From: an uncultured Candidatus Saccharibacteria bacterium
GTDB lineage: Bacteria > Patescibacteriota > Saccharimonadia > Saccharimonadales > Saccharimonadaceae
Direction: 5' to 3'
Length of the DNA: 60,079 bases
Assembly: GCA_964402915.1 (NCBI GenBank)
Contig: CAYODV010000001.1
Location: 1 to 60,079 of the forward strand
This document shows positions 19,738 to 29,046 of this stretch, in pieces (the first letter of the stretch is position 1; every line of letters starts with the position of its first letter). A program made the translations under genes and the position numbers. The notes below the pieces were generated by a model. That model was given only the letters and a program-made list of their open reading frames with translations. It was not told the DNA's origin and did not search any database.

Positions 19738-20307
19738 ATGCGCAACCACCTCTTGTCACAACATTTCTTGCGGTCGCCGAAATTAGCGCTGATGTTGATT
19801 GGGCATTCAAACATTAAGCGGCGCGATACGGTGCTGGAGATTGGGGCGGGGAGCGGAGTGATTACGAGCGCGCTAGCAAGGCGCTCGGCGAAAGTGGTGG
19901 CGGTGGAATCGGACCCGAAAACCGCGGAGCTGCTCCGGAAGAACTTGGCACAGCAGGAGCTTGAAAACGTGGAAGTGGTGGAGACGGATTTTTTGGAGTT
20001 TGACCTTGCGAAGTTGCCGGAAGGCTATAAAGTGTTTGCAAACCCGCCGTTTCATCTGTCGTCAAAAATTGTGCATAAATTAATCGAGAGCGAGAATCCG
20101 CCGGCGAGTTTTTATTTGATTTTGCAAAAACAGTTTGCGCTGAAGCTGATTGCGACTAATCGGCATTATACGTCGCAGCTGGGCTACGAGCTGCTTGAAA
20201 AGTACGCAACAAAAATACGATATCCCCTAAAACCAACGGATTTTACGCCACCGCCAGCGGTGCCGTGCGTGTTGTTTGAGGCGAAATTACTTCAAACCCT
20301 GGCTTAA
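19738..20307 (+). CDS. rRNA adenine N6-methyltransferase family protein (Erm/KsgA fold), catalytic domain only
   Basis: SQHFL, VLEIGAGSG, ANPPF, F.P.P.V motifs; only 189 aa. Confidence 0.85.
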   Translation: MRNHLLSQHFLRSPKLALMLIGHSNIKRRDTVLEIGAGSGVITSALARRSAKVVAVESDPKTAELLRKNLAQQELENVEVVETDFLEFDLAKLPEGYKVFANPPFHLSSKIVHKLIESENPPASFYLILQKQFALKLIATNRHYTSQLGYELLEKYATKIRYPLKPTDFTPPPAVPCVLFEAKLLQTLA

Positions 20308-20973
20308 CATGTTTTTGACGGTGTTCCAATCCCAGCTGGGGTCGAAGCCGCCGGTCGAGAACTTGCCAAAAGTGAAGTAGGGGAGGCCAGAAACGCTGGT
20401 GCCGGCGCGAATGGTGTTGTCTTGGACTTCGGGCATGGTTTCTTCGTTTTCGAAGCAAGTTTTGAAGGTGTCGCCGAGGCCGATTTCGGTGCCGATTTCC
20501 AGCCAGTAGTCGCGGGTCATGTCGGTAATCATGGGGGCGGTTTTGGAATAGCCGATGCCCTTGTCGTAATAATCTTCAAAGATGCTGTCGAGCGCGGCGT
20601 GGTAATAGTCCCAGAACCGGTTTTCTCTGGCGGCGCAATAAGCACCTTCGGCGGCAGGGCGGGACATTTCGATGCCGGAGCCTTCATAGAGCATGTCGGT
20701 AACGCGAACTTCGTAGAGAATGTTGTTGTCGGAGAGGAACTTTTGGAAATCTTCGTCGTTTTGGTAGATGGTGCGAGCGTAATAATTACAGTAGGGGCAC
20801 ATGAGGTCGGTGTAAACGACGTAGTGGCGGACGGCAGTGTCGGCGTTGCCGAGAGTCATGGTTTCGTTCCAGACTTTGGTGGCGTCAACGGGTTTAATGC
20901 TGCTGGTGACGATGGCGATAAAAATCAGCGCGAAGACAGCAACGAGCGCAATGATTCTAACAGCTTTTTTCAT
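20287..20973 (-). CDS. DsbA-like thioredoxin-fold protein
   Basis: N-terminal anchor, YTDLMCPYC, AAEGAYCA....FWDY, SGLPYF. Confidence 0.85.
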   Translation of the reverse strand: MKKAVRIIALVAVFALIFIAIVTSSIKPVDATKVWNETMTLGNADTAVRHYVVYTDLMCPYCNYYARTIYQNDEDFQKFLSDNNILYEVRVTDMLYEGSGIEMSRPAAEGAYCAARENRFWDYYHAALDSIFEDYYDKGIGYSKTAPMITDMTRDYWLEIGTEIGLGDTFKTCFENEETMPEVQDNTIRAGTSVSGLPYFTFGKFSTGGFDPSWDWNTVKNMLSQGLK

Positions 20974-21613
20974 GATGTTTCTCCATATATTGTTCACTCT
21001 TGATTATAGCATAGGTTTCGAGGCCAAGCTTCCGAAAAACTAAAATTGCGAGCAAAATGGCAAGAATGTTGAGGACGGTGGAGAAAATGCCGGCGAGGCG
21101 AACGGCACCAGTGGTTCCAGAAAGGACGGCGCCAAGTGCTGGAGCGAGGAGAGTGGTGCCACAGGTGGGGCAGCCAGAGCCGAGGACGACAAGGCCGGCG
21201 ACGAGGGCGGAAGACTCGGCGCCAGAGGAGGATTTGGTGGAAGTTTCCGTTTTGGCTTTTTTGACGGCGCGGTTATGGCGAGCGACGAAGATGACGAGAG
21301 CGATAAGGATAGATTGAAGAAGCGTGAGTAGGAAGTTAAGGGCGAAGTCAACGAAGTTGCGACCGACGCCAAAGATGGCGAGAAAAGCGTTGCCGATGAT
21401 TTGTAAGGCACCGGCGATGTTGCCGCTACCGAGGTTGCTCGCAATGAGCTGGAATGAGGTGAAGCCGGAGGAGAGGAGGTTGAGCAGGGTGCCGAAAACC
21501 AAAAAGGTAATGAGAAATGGTGGCCAAAAGAAGCGTTTTTTGGTCGCAAGGAGAAGGCCGCGGCCGGCGAGAGTGAATTCGTCGAAAAACTTGGCGAAAT
21601 TAACACGTTTCAT
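20957..21613 (-). CDS. Membrane protein with CPTC motif
   Basis: 218 aa, about 4 TM segments, GSGCPTCG; overlaps start of DsbA-like gene. Confidence 0.75.
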   Translation of the reverse strand: MKRVNFAKFFDEFTLAGRGLLLATKKRFFWPPFLITFLVFGTLLNLLSSGFTSFQLIASNLGSGNIAGALQIIGNAFLAIFGVGRNFVDFALNFLLTLLQSILIALVIFVARHNRAVKKAKTETSTKSSSGAESSALVAGLVVLGSGCPTCGTTLLAPALGAVLSGTTGAVRLAGIFSTVLNILAILLAILVFRKLGLETYAIIKSEQYMEKHHEKSC

Positions 21614-21650
21614 GGGTAACATTATATCATGTTTGCGGTATAATAAGGTT

Positions 21651-22574
21651 ATGTTTTTGAAAGAACCGCTGGTGTGTCGGACGCCAAAATATACCGTGAA
21701 GACAGGAAAGTTGAAAACGCCTGTGAAGGTGGCGCTGGTGGGGGATTTGCATGTGAGCAAAATTGTTTCTGAAAAACAAAGTGAGATGATGAAGAAGCGG
21801 CTTCAACGCATAAAGCCAGATGTGATTATTGTACAGGGAGATATGCTCGACACGCCGCTGGCGCTAGATGACGGAAAGTTGGTGCGAGCGCTAAAGAAAC
21901 GGCTGGGGATTTGTGCGAAAATTGCGCCGACGGTGGCGGTGCTTGGCAATCACGACCAAGTGGAGCCAATTCATAGATTGCCCGAAAGCTATGCGGAGTA
22001 TCTGGCCTGGGTGCGAAAAGGGGCGATGACAGAGTGGCGCAGACTTTGTCGCGAGGTGGGAGTGAAATTATTGGTCGATGAATGGTTTGAGGTGAAGAAT
22101 CTCCGGATTTTTGGGTTTTGGCAGGGGCCGGAGATTTATTATTGTAAACCGCACGCGAAGGGAGAGAATTATCCGGCGATGCGAAAGAAGATTCGTGAGC
22201 TTGGAGCGGAAGGGGTGTTTGACGAGTGCACGGGGAAGGTAAGCTGGTTTGCTGGGCATGCGCCGATTAACGACCTTTATAAAATGCGCGAGCTGCGTGG
22301 GTTTAGTGCGATGAGCTTCGGACATACGCATGGTGGCTGTTTGCCACTGGGGTTAGATTGTTTGGTCGATGCGCTCGGTGGGCATGGTGGGATTGTGGCA
22401 CCGTTTATGAAGTGGTTCCCTACTCGCTATATGCGCGGGCGGGAGATAGTGAAGGGCGGAGCGAGCTATATTGTAAATACGGGGATGGTGCTGACACAAG
22501 ATAGTGCGCCGTGGCTGCTACATTTTGTGAATTGGTTAAAGGCTGCGGAAGTGACAGAAGTGACAGTGATGTGA
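21651..22574 (+). CDS. Calcineurin-like metallophosphoesterase
   Basis: GDLH, GDMLD, LGNHD, GHAP, GHTHGG motifs; start at ATG 21651. Confidence 0.88.
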   Translation: MFLKEPLVCRTPKYTVKTGKLKTPVKVALVGDLHVSKIVSEKQSEMMKKRLQRIKPDVIIVQGDMLDTPLALDDGKLVRALKKRLGICAKIAPTVAVLGNHDQVEPIHRLPESYAEYLAWVRKGAMTEWRRLCREVGVKLLVDEWFEVKNLRIFGFWQGPEIYYCKPHAKGENYPAMRKKIRELGAEGVFDECTGKVSWFAGHAPINDLYKMRELRGFSAMSFGHTHGGCLPLGLDCLVDALGGHGGIVAPFMKWFPTRYMRGREIVKGGASYIVNTGMVLTQDSAPWLLHFVNWLKAAEVTEVTVM

Positions 22575-22596
22575 TATAATATATGTTACCACTCAT

Positions 22597-22670
22597 GGTG
22601 CTATGGCGGAGTGGTTACGCAGCGGTCTGCAAAACCGCGTACGCCGGTTCAATTCCGGCTGGCACCTCCA
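22597..22670 (+). tRNA. tRNA-Cys(GCA)
   Basis: GGTGCTA/TGGCACC acceptor, GCGGT-CT-GCA-AA-ACCGC, U73, CCA. Confidence 0.97.
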
Positions 22671-22676
22671 TGGTTC

Positions 22677-22763
22677 CCCCGAGTGGCGGAATTGGTATAC
22701 GCGGCGGACTTAAAATCCGCTCCCTTTACCGGGTTATGGGTCCGAGTCCCATCTCGGGGACCA
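22677..22763 (+). tRNA. tRNA-Leu(TAA)
   Basis: CCCCGAG/CTCGGGG acceptor, GCGGA-CT-TAA-AA-TCCGC, variable arm, T-loop TCCGAGT, CCA. Confidence 0.94.
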
Positions 22764-22765
22764 AA

Positions 22766-22797
22766 AAATTAAGCCTCAAGTCGAGGCGATTTTTTTG
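22766..22797 (+). terminator. Terminator after tRNA pair
   Basis: GCCTC-AAGTC-GAGGC stem then GATTTTTTT. Confidence 0.6.
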
Positions 22798-22806
22798 TAT
22801 AGTTTT

Positions 22807-22970
22807 AGAAAAAATGTGCTTCCGAGAACAACGGAAGAAGCACATTTTTGGTTTGTTTTGAGTTTTGGGATTTCTAGGTGGTTTGACGTTTTAGCCAAAG
22901 ATAACTTCACACGCTCCCACCTCCCGAAATTTGAACGCCTCTCAACGCGTAGATCCGTTCAAATTTCTTA
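22807..22970 (-). ncRNA. Candidate orphan small RNA
   Basis: TTGACT-16-TAAAAT promoter with extended TG (23003-22976), 12-bp 5' stem, 13-bp terminator stem with U-run. Confidence 0.55.
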
Positions 22971-23089
22971 TTTCTATTTTATCACAAGCACAATCGTAGT
23001 CAATATTGATTTTTGAGAATGTTTGTGGTTTAGTATGTTTTATTCCCTGTTCGGTTTGTTCGGTTATTATAAAATAATTATTATATATA

Positions 23090-23117
23090 GCAAAATAGCC
23101 CCGTCCAGGCTATTTTG
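23090..23117. terminator. Stem-loop after large surface protein gene
   Basis: CAAAATAGCC-CCGTCCA-GGCTATTTTG. Confidence 0.65.
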
Positions 23118-23135
23118 TATTCGCTTGTGGTCTGT

Positions 23136-26100
23136 TTAGAAATCGTCGTCAGTATCTTCTGTGGCTTCAATGTAGCGGCGGTGCGTGCGCTTGGTAATGA
23201 AGATGAAAAGCCCGACGATGGTGAAGGTGGTGAGGCCCCACCAGAAGACATCGAGGGTTTCAAAGGCGTAGAGGAGTGGCGAGCCTTCTAGGTAGGCGCG
23301 GTAAGCATCGAGGACGGCGCGGTATTTAGCGAGGAGCGAAGGTCCAACCAGTGTGCGGCCATATTCGGAGAGGGCGTTATAAGCACCTTCCGCGGCCTTA
23401 ATTAGGAGGCGCGAGGAGAAGTTGACGTCCTCTGGGTTTGGCAGGCGGGAAATCATGGCTTCAAATTCAGCAACTTGGTCGAGGATGTCAAGCGCGGAGC
23501 CGATGATGGAGATGCGGTCATTGACGTCGAAGAGGTCGGAGAGGGAGAGGTTGGAGTCGAACACGCCGAGGGCTTCGGTGTAACCGTTCATGGCGTCTTC
23601 AAGGCGAGTTTGGTCTTCGGGCGTGACGTTCCCCGGAGTGACGTCGCCAGCTTGGTCTTTGTCTTTAGCTTCTTCAAGGGCTTTTTCGGCTTCTTCGATG
23701 CGTTCCTTGAGTTCAGCGATTTTGTCGAGCAGCTCGTCGAGATGTTCGCGCTCGGCCTCGGTGAGGTTGGTGCTGGGTTTAAGGTCTTCAATCTCCGCTT
23801 TGAGGTTTTCAAGATCGGAAAGGTCGTCTTTGGTTACGGTGTCGACGGAATATTCGGAGAGGGCGTCGTCAAGGCTCGTGAGTTGGTCTTTGATGTCTTC
23901 GATGCGTTCGAGTTTGGCGCGCAGGTCGTCGAGCATGTCGTCAAGTTCTTGTTTTTCGGCAGGGGTGAGGTGGTTACCGTGGGCGGACTCGGTTTTAAGG
24001 ATGGCGTCAATGAGGTTTTGAATTTTTGTTTCGTCGTCAGAGGTGACGTGGTCAAGGTCGGCGACCGTGGCGTAAGACTGCTCGATGATGCGGACTTCTT
24101 CTTCGGTGGTGAGAATTTCTGTAACGACGGCGGAGTAATCGCTGATTAAGCCCTGGACGGGGCCATCAGTGTCGCCTGGGTGTTTGTCTAGGTAGTCTTC
24201 AAGGACGGTTTGGGAAGCCTGGAGATCGGCGAGGTCGAGAACCGTGCGGTGTTCAAGGTCGTCAATGACGGCGATGGTGCCGGAGCCGGTCGTGACGGTG
24301 GTATAGCCAGAGTTATGAGCAGTGAGGTCAATGTTGACGTCGGAAAGCCCAGGCAAGTCAAAGACGACGCCAGAGAGGGTGACGATGGAGATGTTGCCGG
24401 CGTGGTCGGCGAGGCGATAATAGACGCTCACGGATTTGTTGGGGTCAACAGAAACGTTGCCGGAAGTAGTTTGCCAGTCGGTCGAAGTCTTGAGAGTGTC
24501 AGCGTCGAGTTCGGATTCGGAGACAAGATATTCAATGGTGTCGATACCGGAGCGGTCGTCAGTAGCGGTCATTTCGTAGGTCTTGGTTTCGTTAAAGAAG
24601 AGGCCGAAAGTGATGGTGTTTAGAATGGAGTTAAGGGTGTTGTCGCTGGTAGCGATGGTGCCGGTCGGGACGGCGGAGTCTTTCTTGACGGTGGCGGAGA
24701 CGACGGTGCTTTCGAGGCCGGCGGCGCTGACGGCCTTGAAATCATAAATGGTGGCGTCAGTGTCGGCGGTGACGAGTTGGCTCGTGGTGTAAACTTGCCA
24801 TTCATTAGCGCCGTCAACGGTGGAGCGGAGGCGATAGTAGAGTGTGACCGGGCTGAGGTTGGGCGCAATGTTGGAGGCGCTTAAAACAACCGGCTGGTTG
24901 GTCCAGGAGCCGAGAGCGTAACCGTGGGAGTTAACTGCGACGACGGGTTCCGTGGGGTCGATGTTGTGATAAACGAGGGTGGTTTCGGCGGTGTTGCCAA
25001 ATTCGTTGACGGCGCGGAAGATGTAACTACCGTTTTCGGTGATGTCGTAAGTGCCACTTTCAAGTTCAGTGACGGTCTGCCAAGAGGCGCCACCATCATT
25101 GGAAACCTGGATGGCGGTAATGCTGTAAGTGTCAGAAGCGGAAACGCCAGCGATGTCGTAGGGAAGCCACTTGGTGGTTTCGCCGTGGGCGGAGATGGTC
25201 GGGAAAGTGGTGCGGCGGATTTCTTCCCAAATTTGGTCGTCGATGTCATTTAATGCATAGTTGATGGCGTCCAGTTTTTCGGCGATGTCTTGTTTTTCAG
25301 TGTCGGTGTAGTTGGAGCCGTAACCTTCGAGTGCGGACTCAAGGTCAGCTTTGGCCTTTTCTAGGTCTTCTTTGTCGTCAACGGTGTAGCCGGTTGGGAT
25401 GATGAGGTCGACGGCGTGAATGTTGTCGGTGTTTTCGGCGGCGACGGCGTCATGGATTTGGTCGAGAAGCTCGTTGATTTTGACAAGTTCCTCTTCTACG
25501 GTTTCACGTTCGCCCTCGGTGAGATTGTCTCCAGAGAGGAGAGCTTCGGCTTCACTCTTAAGCTCTTCGAGTCTAGTCTTGTCGTCGGTTTGGATGGTGG
25601 TGGTACTGGCGGGTTCGACAACCGTGAGGTCGTCAAGGTCGGTCTTAACCTCGTCAAGGCGGCGGAGCTTGTCTTCAAGTTCGCGTTTTTCGATGAGCAG
25701 GGCGTTGACTTCTTCGACGGTGAGGTGGTGGCCGTCAGTGTCGAGTGTGGCGACGATGTCGTCGATGATGCCTTGGATGGTGGCACAGTCTTCGGATGTA
25801 ATGTGGTCGATGTCCGGAGTGGCGTCGCCGCGGGTGTGTTCATCGGCAAGAGTAGCCTCAAGCTCGATGATGCGGGTGACGAGGTCTTGATATTGGGTTT
25901 TTAGGTCTTCTAGGATGGCTTTTTCTTCGTCGGTGGCGTGGTCGCTTTCAAGAGCTTCAATCTCCGCGAGTTTTTCAAGGACGGCTTCCAGAGCGGGTTG
26001 GTCGCTGGTTTTGAAATTATCTTCGGTGAGGTCAAGGCGAAGGTCGTTAAGCGATCCGGTTTTGATGGTGAGCGAGGTGACGTTGCCGGCTTTGTCAGTG

Positions 26101-28277
26101 GCGACGATGTTATAGGTTTGGTTAGCGGCGAGGTTAATGAGGTTTTCGGAAGCGGGGAGAGCGGTGCCGTTGACTTGGACGGAGCCGAGAGCGCGGTCGT
26201 CGGTGACGATGAGCTTCTGAACGAGGTAATAAGTGTAGCCATCTTCAAGAGCGTAAGTGTGGCTGGCGTCGATGTAACCGCGGATGAGGGCTTTGGTGGT
26301 GTCGAGAATGACGCCGTCAGTGTTGACGACGGAGGTGTTGCCAACTTTGTCGACAAGTTTGTAATAGAGGACAAAGTCGCCTTCGGGGTCGATAGAAACG
26401 GTACCGGAAGTGGTTTGCCAACCGGTGGCAGCGAGAGCGTCTTCTTTGGAGCTAAATTGGTCTTTAGTGACGAGGTATTCAATATGGTCGAGACCAGAAA
26501 GGTTGTCCGTGGCGGTGATGGAGAAATCTTTGGTTTCGTTAAAGAAGAGGCCGAAGGTGATGGTGTTTAGGAATTGATTCCAGGAATTATCTGCGCTGGT
26601 AATTTCTCCGGTGGGCGGAGTGGCATCGCGGCGGACGAGGACGGTTTCAACGTCGGACTCAACGCCGGCCTGGCTGATGGCTTTGAAGTAATAGACTTGA
26701 CCGTCAGTGGAAGTTTCTTGACTAACAACCACGCCATCGTCGTAGAGAGTCCAGTTTCGCCCGTCAGTGGAGTAATAATATTTGGTGACGCCGACGTTGA
26801 TGGTGAGACTTTCGACAGTGAGAGTGACGAGGCCGGAAGTCCATTCGCCTTCGGCATAGCCGTTGGTGTTGATGCGAATGATGGGCTTGGCTGTGTCAAG
26901 GTTGCTATAAGTAATGCAGGAAGGTTCGCTGACGTTGTTGTAATTGTCGATGGCGCGGTAGCAGTAGGTGCCGTTTTCGGTGATGGTGCGTTCGGCGCGG
27001 TCGCCGTCAACGAGCTTGGTCCAGGTGGTGCCGCCATCGAGGCTTTCGTCGATTTCTTTAACGCCAGAAGCGTCAACGCCAATAATGACTGCGTCGTCCT
27101 GGATTTGGATGAGGCCAGGGTTAGCTATGACGGAGATGGTAGGAGGAGTGGTCTCTGGGTCTGTTGTAAAATTTACAACATTTGAGCTAATGCTTTGGCC
27201 TTCGCTGTTTTCAGCACGGACGCGAGTGTAGTAGGTGGTGTCGCCAGAGAGGCCAGTGATGGTGAGCGAGGTGTCTTGGGTGTAGAGGTTGTTGTAGCTC
27301 GGCAAAATGTTTTTGAAGTCGGGATCGAGGGCGACGTCAAGGCGATAGCTGGTGGCTTTGGCGACGGCCTCCCAATGGACGTCGGCGGTGGTTTCAGCGA
27401 CGTTATCGACGTAAATTACCTCAACTGGGTTAGGGGCGGAGACGTTAACCATGCCCGTGACAGCGTAGACGCCACAGAAGATGCCTTCGGTGGAGGATTT
27501 GCCGTTACGGCCGGTGAGGACGAGGTCGACGGAGGAGACGAGTTTTTTGGCATCGACGTTGATGGTGGCGGATTGGAGATAGGGCGCGCCGGAGGTGGAG
27601 CCTTCGTAGTTGTAGGTGGTAGTGGTGGTTTTGTTTTTGCCGGAGCCGGAAGTGGTGGTAGTGGCCTGGAGAACACGGCGGGCAACGCCTGGCCATTTGT
27701 AAACGCCAGAGACGGCGGTGGCGTCGTACCAGTCGTAGAGACGGTAATTGGTTTCGTCAGTGGTGCCGTCGGTGTAGTGGACAACAACGGCAAAGTTGGC
27801 GTAGTTCCCTTCGCCTGGGCCGCCGGCGGTGCCGAGAACGTAGAGTTTTTCGTAAGCACCGATGGTATCGAGGGTGATGGTGGCGGATTCGTGGCCGGAG
27901 TAGAGACGGATGGTGTCGTTGCCAGTGTAATCGCCGGCGCCAGCCCAACTGAATTGGTAGGGGACGCCGTTTAAGCTGAGCGAGCCGGACGGGTCGAGAC
28001 CGCCAGAGGCTTTGTTGGTGGCGGAGTAAAAGGCTGCCCAGTCGTCAAGGCCGCCGGCAGAAACGATGGTTTCAAAAGTTTCGCCACCGCCCCAGATGGA
28101 GTTACCGTTGAGCGAGGAGCTGGCGATTTTAAGTGATTCGTAGTAACTGTACGAAGCGACCGACGGAGACTTTTTGAAAATAAAAAGTGAGCCGAAAATC
28201 AGCCCCAAACATAAAATTGATAATAGAAAAGTTTTTAATTTTGGCCTAAGGACGCGGGTCCTTGTGATGTTTTCCAT
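23136..28277 (-). CDS. Large cell-surface protein: FN3 domain, Ig-like repeats, acidic helical stalk, C-terminal TM
   Basis: 1713 aa; signal/TM; FN3 (W..V..ATSYRLDV...ITGLSGDTTYYTRVRAEN); duplicated module with NTITFGLFFNETK; C-terminal TM then KRTHRR. Confidence 0.85.
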   Translation of the reverse strand: MENITRTRVLRPKLKTFLLSILCLGLIFGSLFIFKKSPSVASYSYYESLKIASSSLNGNSIWGGGETFETIVSAGGLDDWAAFYSATNKASGGLDPSGSLSLNGVPYQFSWAGAGDYTGNDTIRLYSGHESATITLDTIGAYEKLYVLGTAGGPGEGNYANFAVVVHYTDGTTDETNYRLYDWYDATAVSGVYKWPGVARRVLQATTTTSGSGKNKTTTTTYNYEGSTSGAPYLQSATINVDAKKLVSSVDLVLTGRNGKSSTEGIFCGVYAVTGMVNVSAPNPVEVIYVDNVAETTADVHWEAVAKATSYRLDVALDPDFKNILPSYNNLYTQDTSLTITGLSGDTTYYTRVRAENSEGQSISSNVVNFTTDPETTPPTISVIANPGLIQIQDDAVIIGVDASGVKEIDESLDGGTTWTKLVDGDRAERTITENGTYCYRAIDNYNNVSEPSCITYSNLDTAKPIIRINTNGYAEGEWTSGLVTLTVESLTINVGVTKYYYSTDGRNWTLYDDGVVVSQETSTDGQVYYFKAISQAGVESDVETVLVRRDATPPTGEITSADNSWNQFLNTITFGLFFNETKDFSITATDNLSGLDHIEYLVTKDQFSSKEDALAATGWQTTSGTVSIDPEGDFVLYYKLVDKVGNTSVVNTDGVILDTTKALIRGYIDASHTYALEDGYTYYLVQKLIVTDDRALGSVQVNGTALPASENLINLAANQTYNIVATDKAGNVTSLTIKTGSLNDLRLDLTEDNFKTSDQPALEAVLEKLAEIEALESDHATDEEKAILEDLKTQYQDLVTRIIELEATLADEHTRGDATPDIDHITSEDCATIQGIIDDIVATLDTDGHHLTVEEVNALLIEKRELEDKLRRLDEVKTDLDDLTVVEPASTTTIQTDDKTRLEELKSEAEALLSGDNLTEGERETVEEELVKINELLDQIHDAVAAENTDNIHAVDLIIPTGYTVDDKEDLEKAKADLESALEGYGSNYTDTEKQDIAEKLDAINYALNDIDDQIWEEIRRTTFPTISAHGETTKWLPYDIAGVSASDTYSITAIQVSNDGGASWQTVTELESGTYDITENGSYIFRAVNEFGNTAETTLVYHNIDPTEPVVAVNSHGYALGSWTNQPVVLSASNIAPNLSPVTLYYRLRSTVDGANEWQVYTTSQLVTADTDATIYDFKAVSAAGLESTVVSATVKKDSAVPTGTIATSDNTLNSILNTITFGLFFNETKTYEMTATDDRSGIDTIEYLVSESELDADTLKTSTDWQTTSGNVSVDPNKSVSVYYRLADHAGNISIVTLSGVVFDLPGLSDVNIDLTAHNSGYTTVTTGSGTIAVIDDLEHRTVLDLADLQASQTVLEDYLDKHPGDTDGPVQGLISDYSAVVTEILTTEEEVRIIEQSYATVADLDHVTSDDETKIQNLIDAILKTESAHGNHLTPAEKQELDDMLDDLRAKLERIEDIKDQLTSLDDALSEYSVDTVTKDDLSDLENLKAEIEDLKPSTNLTEAEREHLDELLDKIAELKERIEEAEKALEEAKDKDQAGDVTPGNVTPEDQTRLEDAMNGYTEALGVFDSNLSLSDLFDVNDRISIIGSALDILDQVAEFEAMISRLPNPEDVNFSSRLLIKAAEGAYNALSEYGRTLVGPSLLAKYRAVLDAYRAYLEGSPLLYAFETLDVFWWGLTTFTIVGLFIFITKRTHRRYIEATEDTDDDF

Positions 28278-28339
28278 GGTACCTCCAAATAATAACCGTA
28301 TGCTCTACACGTCTATTTTACTAGAGCTTAAAACAGTCG

Positions 28340-29044
28340 TCAAGCCGTGATTTTGAGCGGATTGTCTTCAAGCAGAGTGGCGAGTTTAGCTTCGCCATAA
28401 ATGCGCGTGAGATAATAAATCGCGTCGTCGATTTCCCCAAAATCGCGGAGATGATGCGTGTCGGTGCCAAAAGCAAAAATGTAGTCTTTTTTGGCGAGTT
28501 TTTTGAGAGTTTTGGCGGCACGGTGGCCATATTGGCCGATGATACTACCGAGGTTGCACTGGAAAAGGATGCCTTGGCTATGGAGGCGTTCAAGAATCGA
28601 GAAATCTTTTTGGGTGGAGAGATAACGTTCGGGGTGGGCGAGGACGATTTGATAGCCTTCGGTTTGGAGGTTGAAGAAGATGTCTTCATAACCGTCAAAA
28701 ACGCCGGACATGGGCAGTTCAATAAGCAAATATTTACTGTCGGCAAGTGGTGAGAGGGTCTTGTTTTTGAGGAGTTTAGAGATTTCCGGAGTGATGTAGA
28801 TTTCGTTGCCGAGGTGAAGGTCGATGGCGATGCCGTCTTCGCGGGTGAGTTTTTGGAGTTCTTGAAGGAGTTTGAGGTTGTCCGAACGCGGACTGTTATA
28901 GATGGTTTCGGGGAGGTAATGAGGAGTTAAGAAAACGGTGCTAATGCCGTGATTCGATAGTTCGCGAAGGATTTCCAGACTTTCGTCAAAGGTTTCGACC
29001 CCATCGTCAACGTCGGGGAGGAGGTGAGAGTGGAGGTCAATCAT
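28340..29044 (-). CDS. CpsB/CapC PHP-family tyrosine phosphatase
   Basis: MIDLHSHLLP.VDDG, TPHY, GNE, LAHPERY, GTDTH. Confidence 0.93.
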   Translation of the reverse strand: MIDLHSHLLPDVDDGVETFDESLEILRELSNHGISTVFLTPHYLPETIYNSPRSDNLKLLQELQKLTREDGIAIDLHLGNEIYITPEISKLLKNKTLSPLADSKYLLIELPMSGVFDGYEDIFFNLQTEGYQIVLAHPERYLSTQKDFSILERLHSQGILFQCNLGSIIGQYGHRAAKTLKKLAKKDYIFAFGTDTHHLRDFGEIDDAIYYLTRIYGEAKLATLLEDNPLKITA

Positions 29045-29046
29045 GA

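Noticed and set aside
21324-21760. Extended overlapping N-termini given by the ORF track (also for hisS, der, murB, 46145-47743)
   Set aside because: Downstream ATGs directly after -10 boxes give non-overlapping genes of expected length
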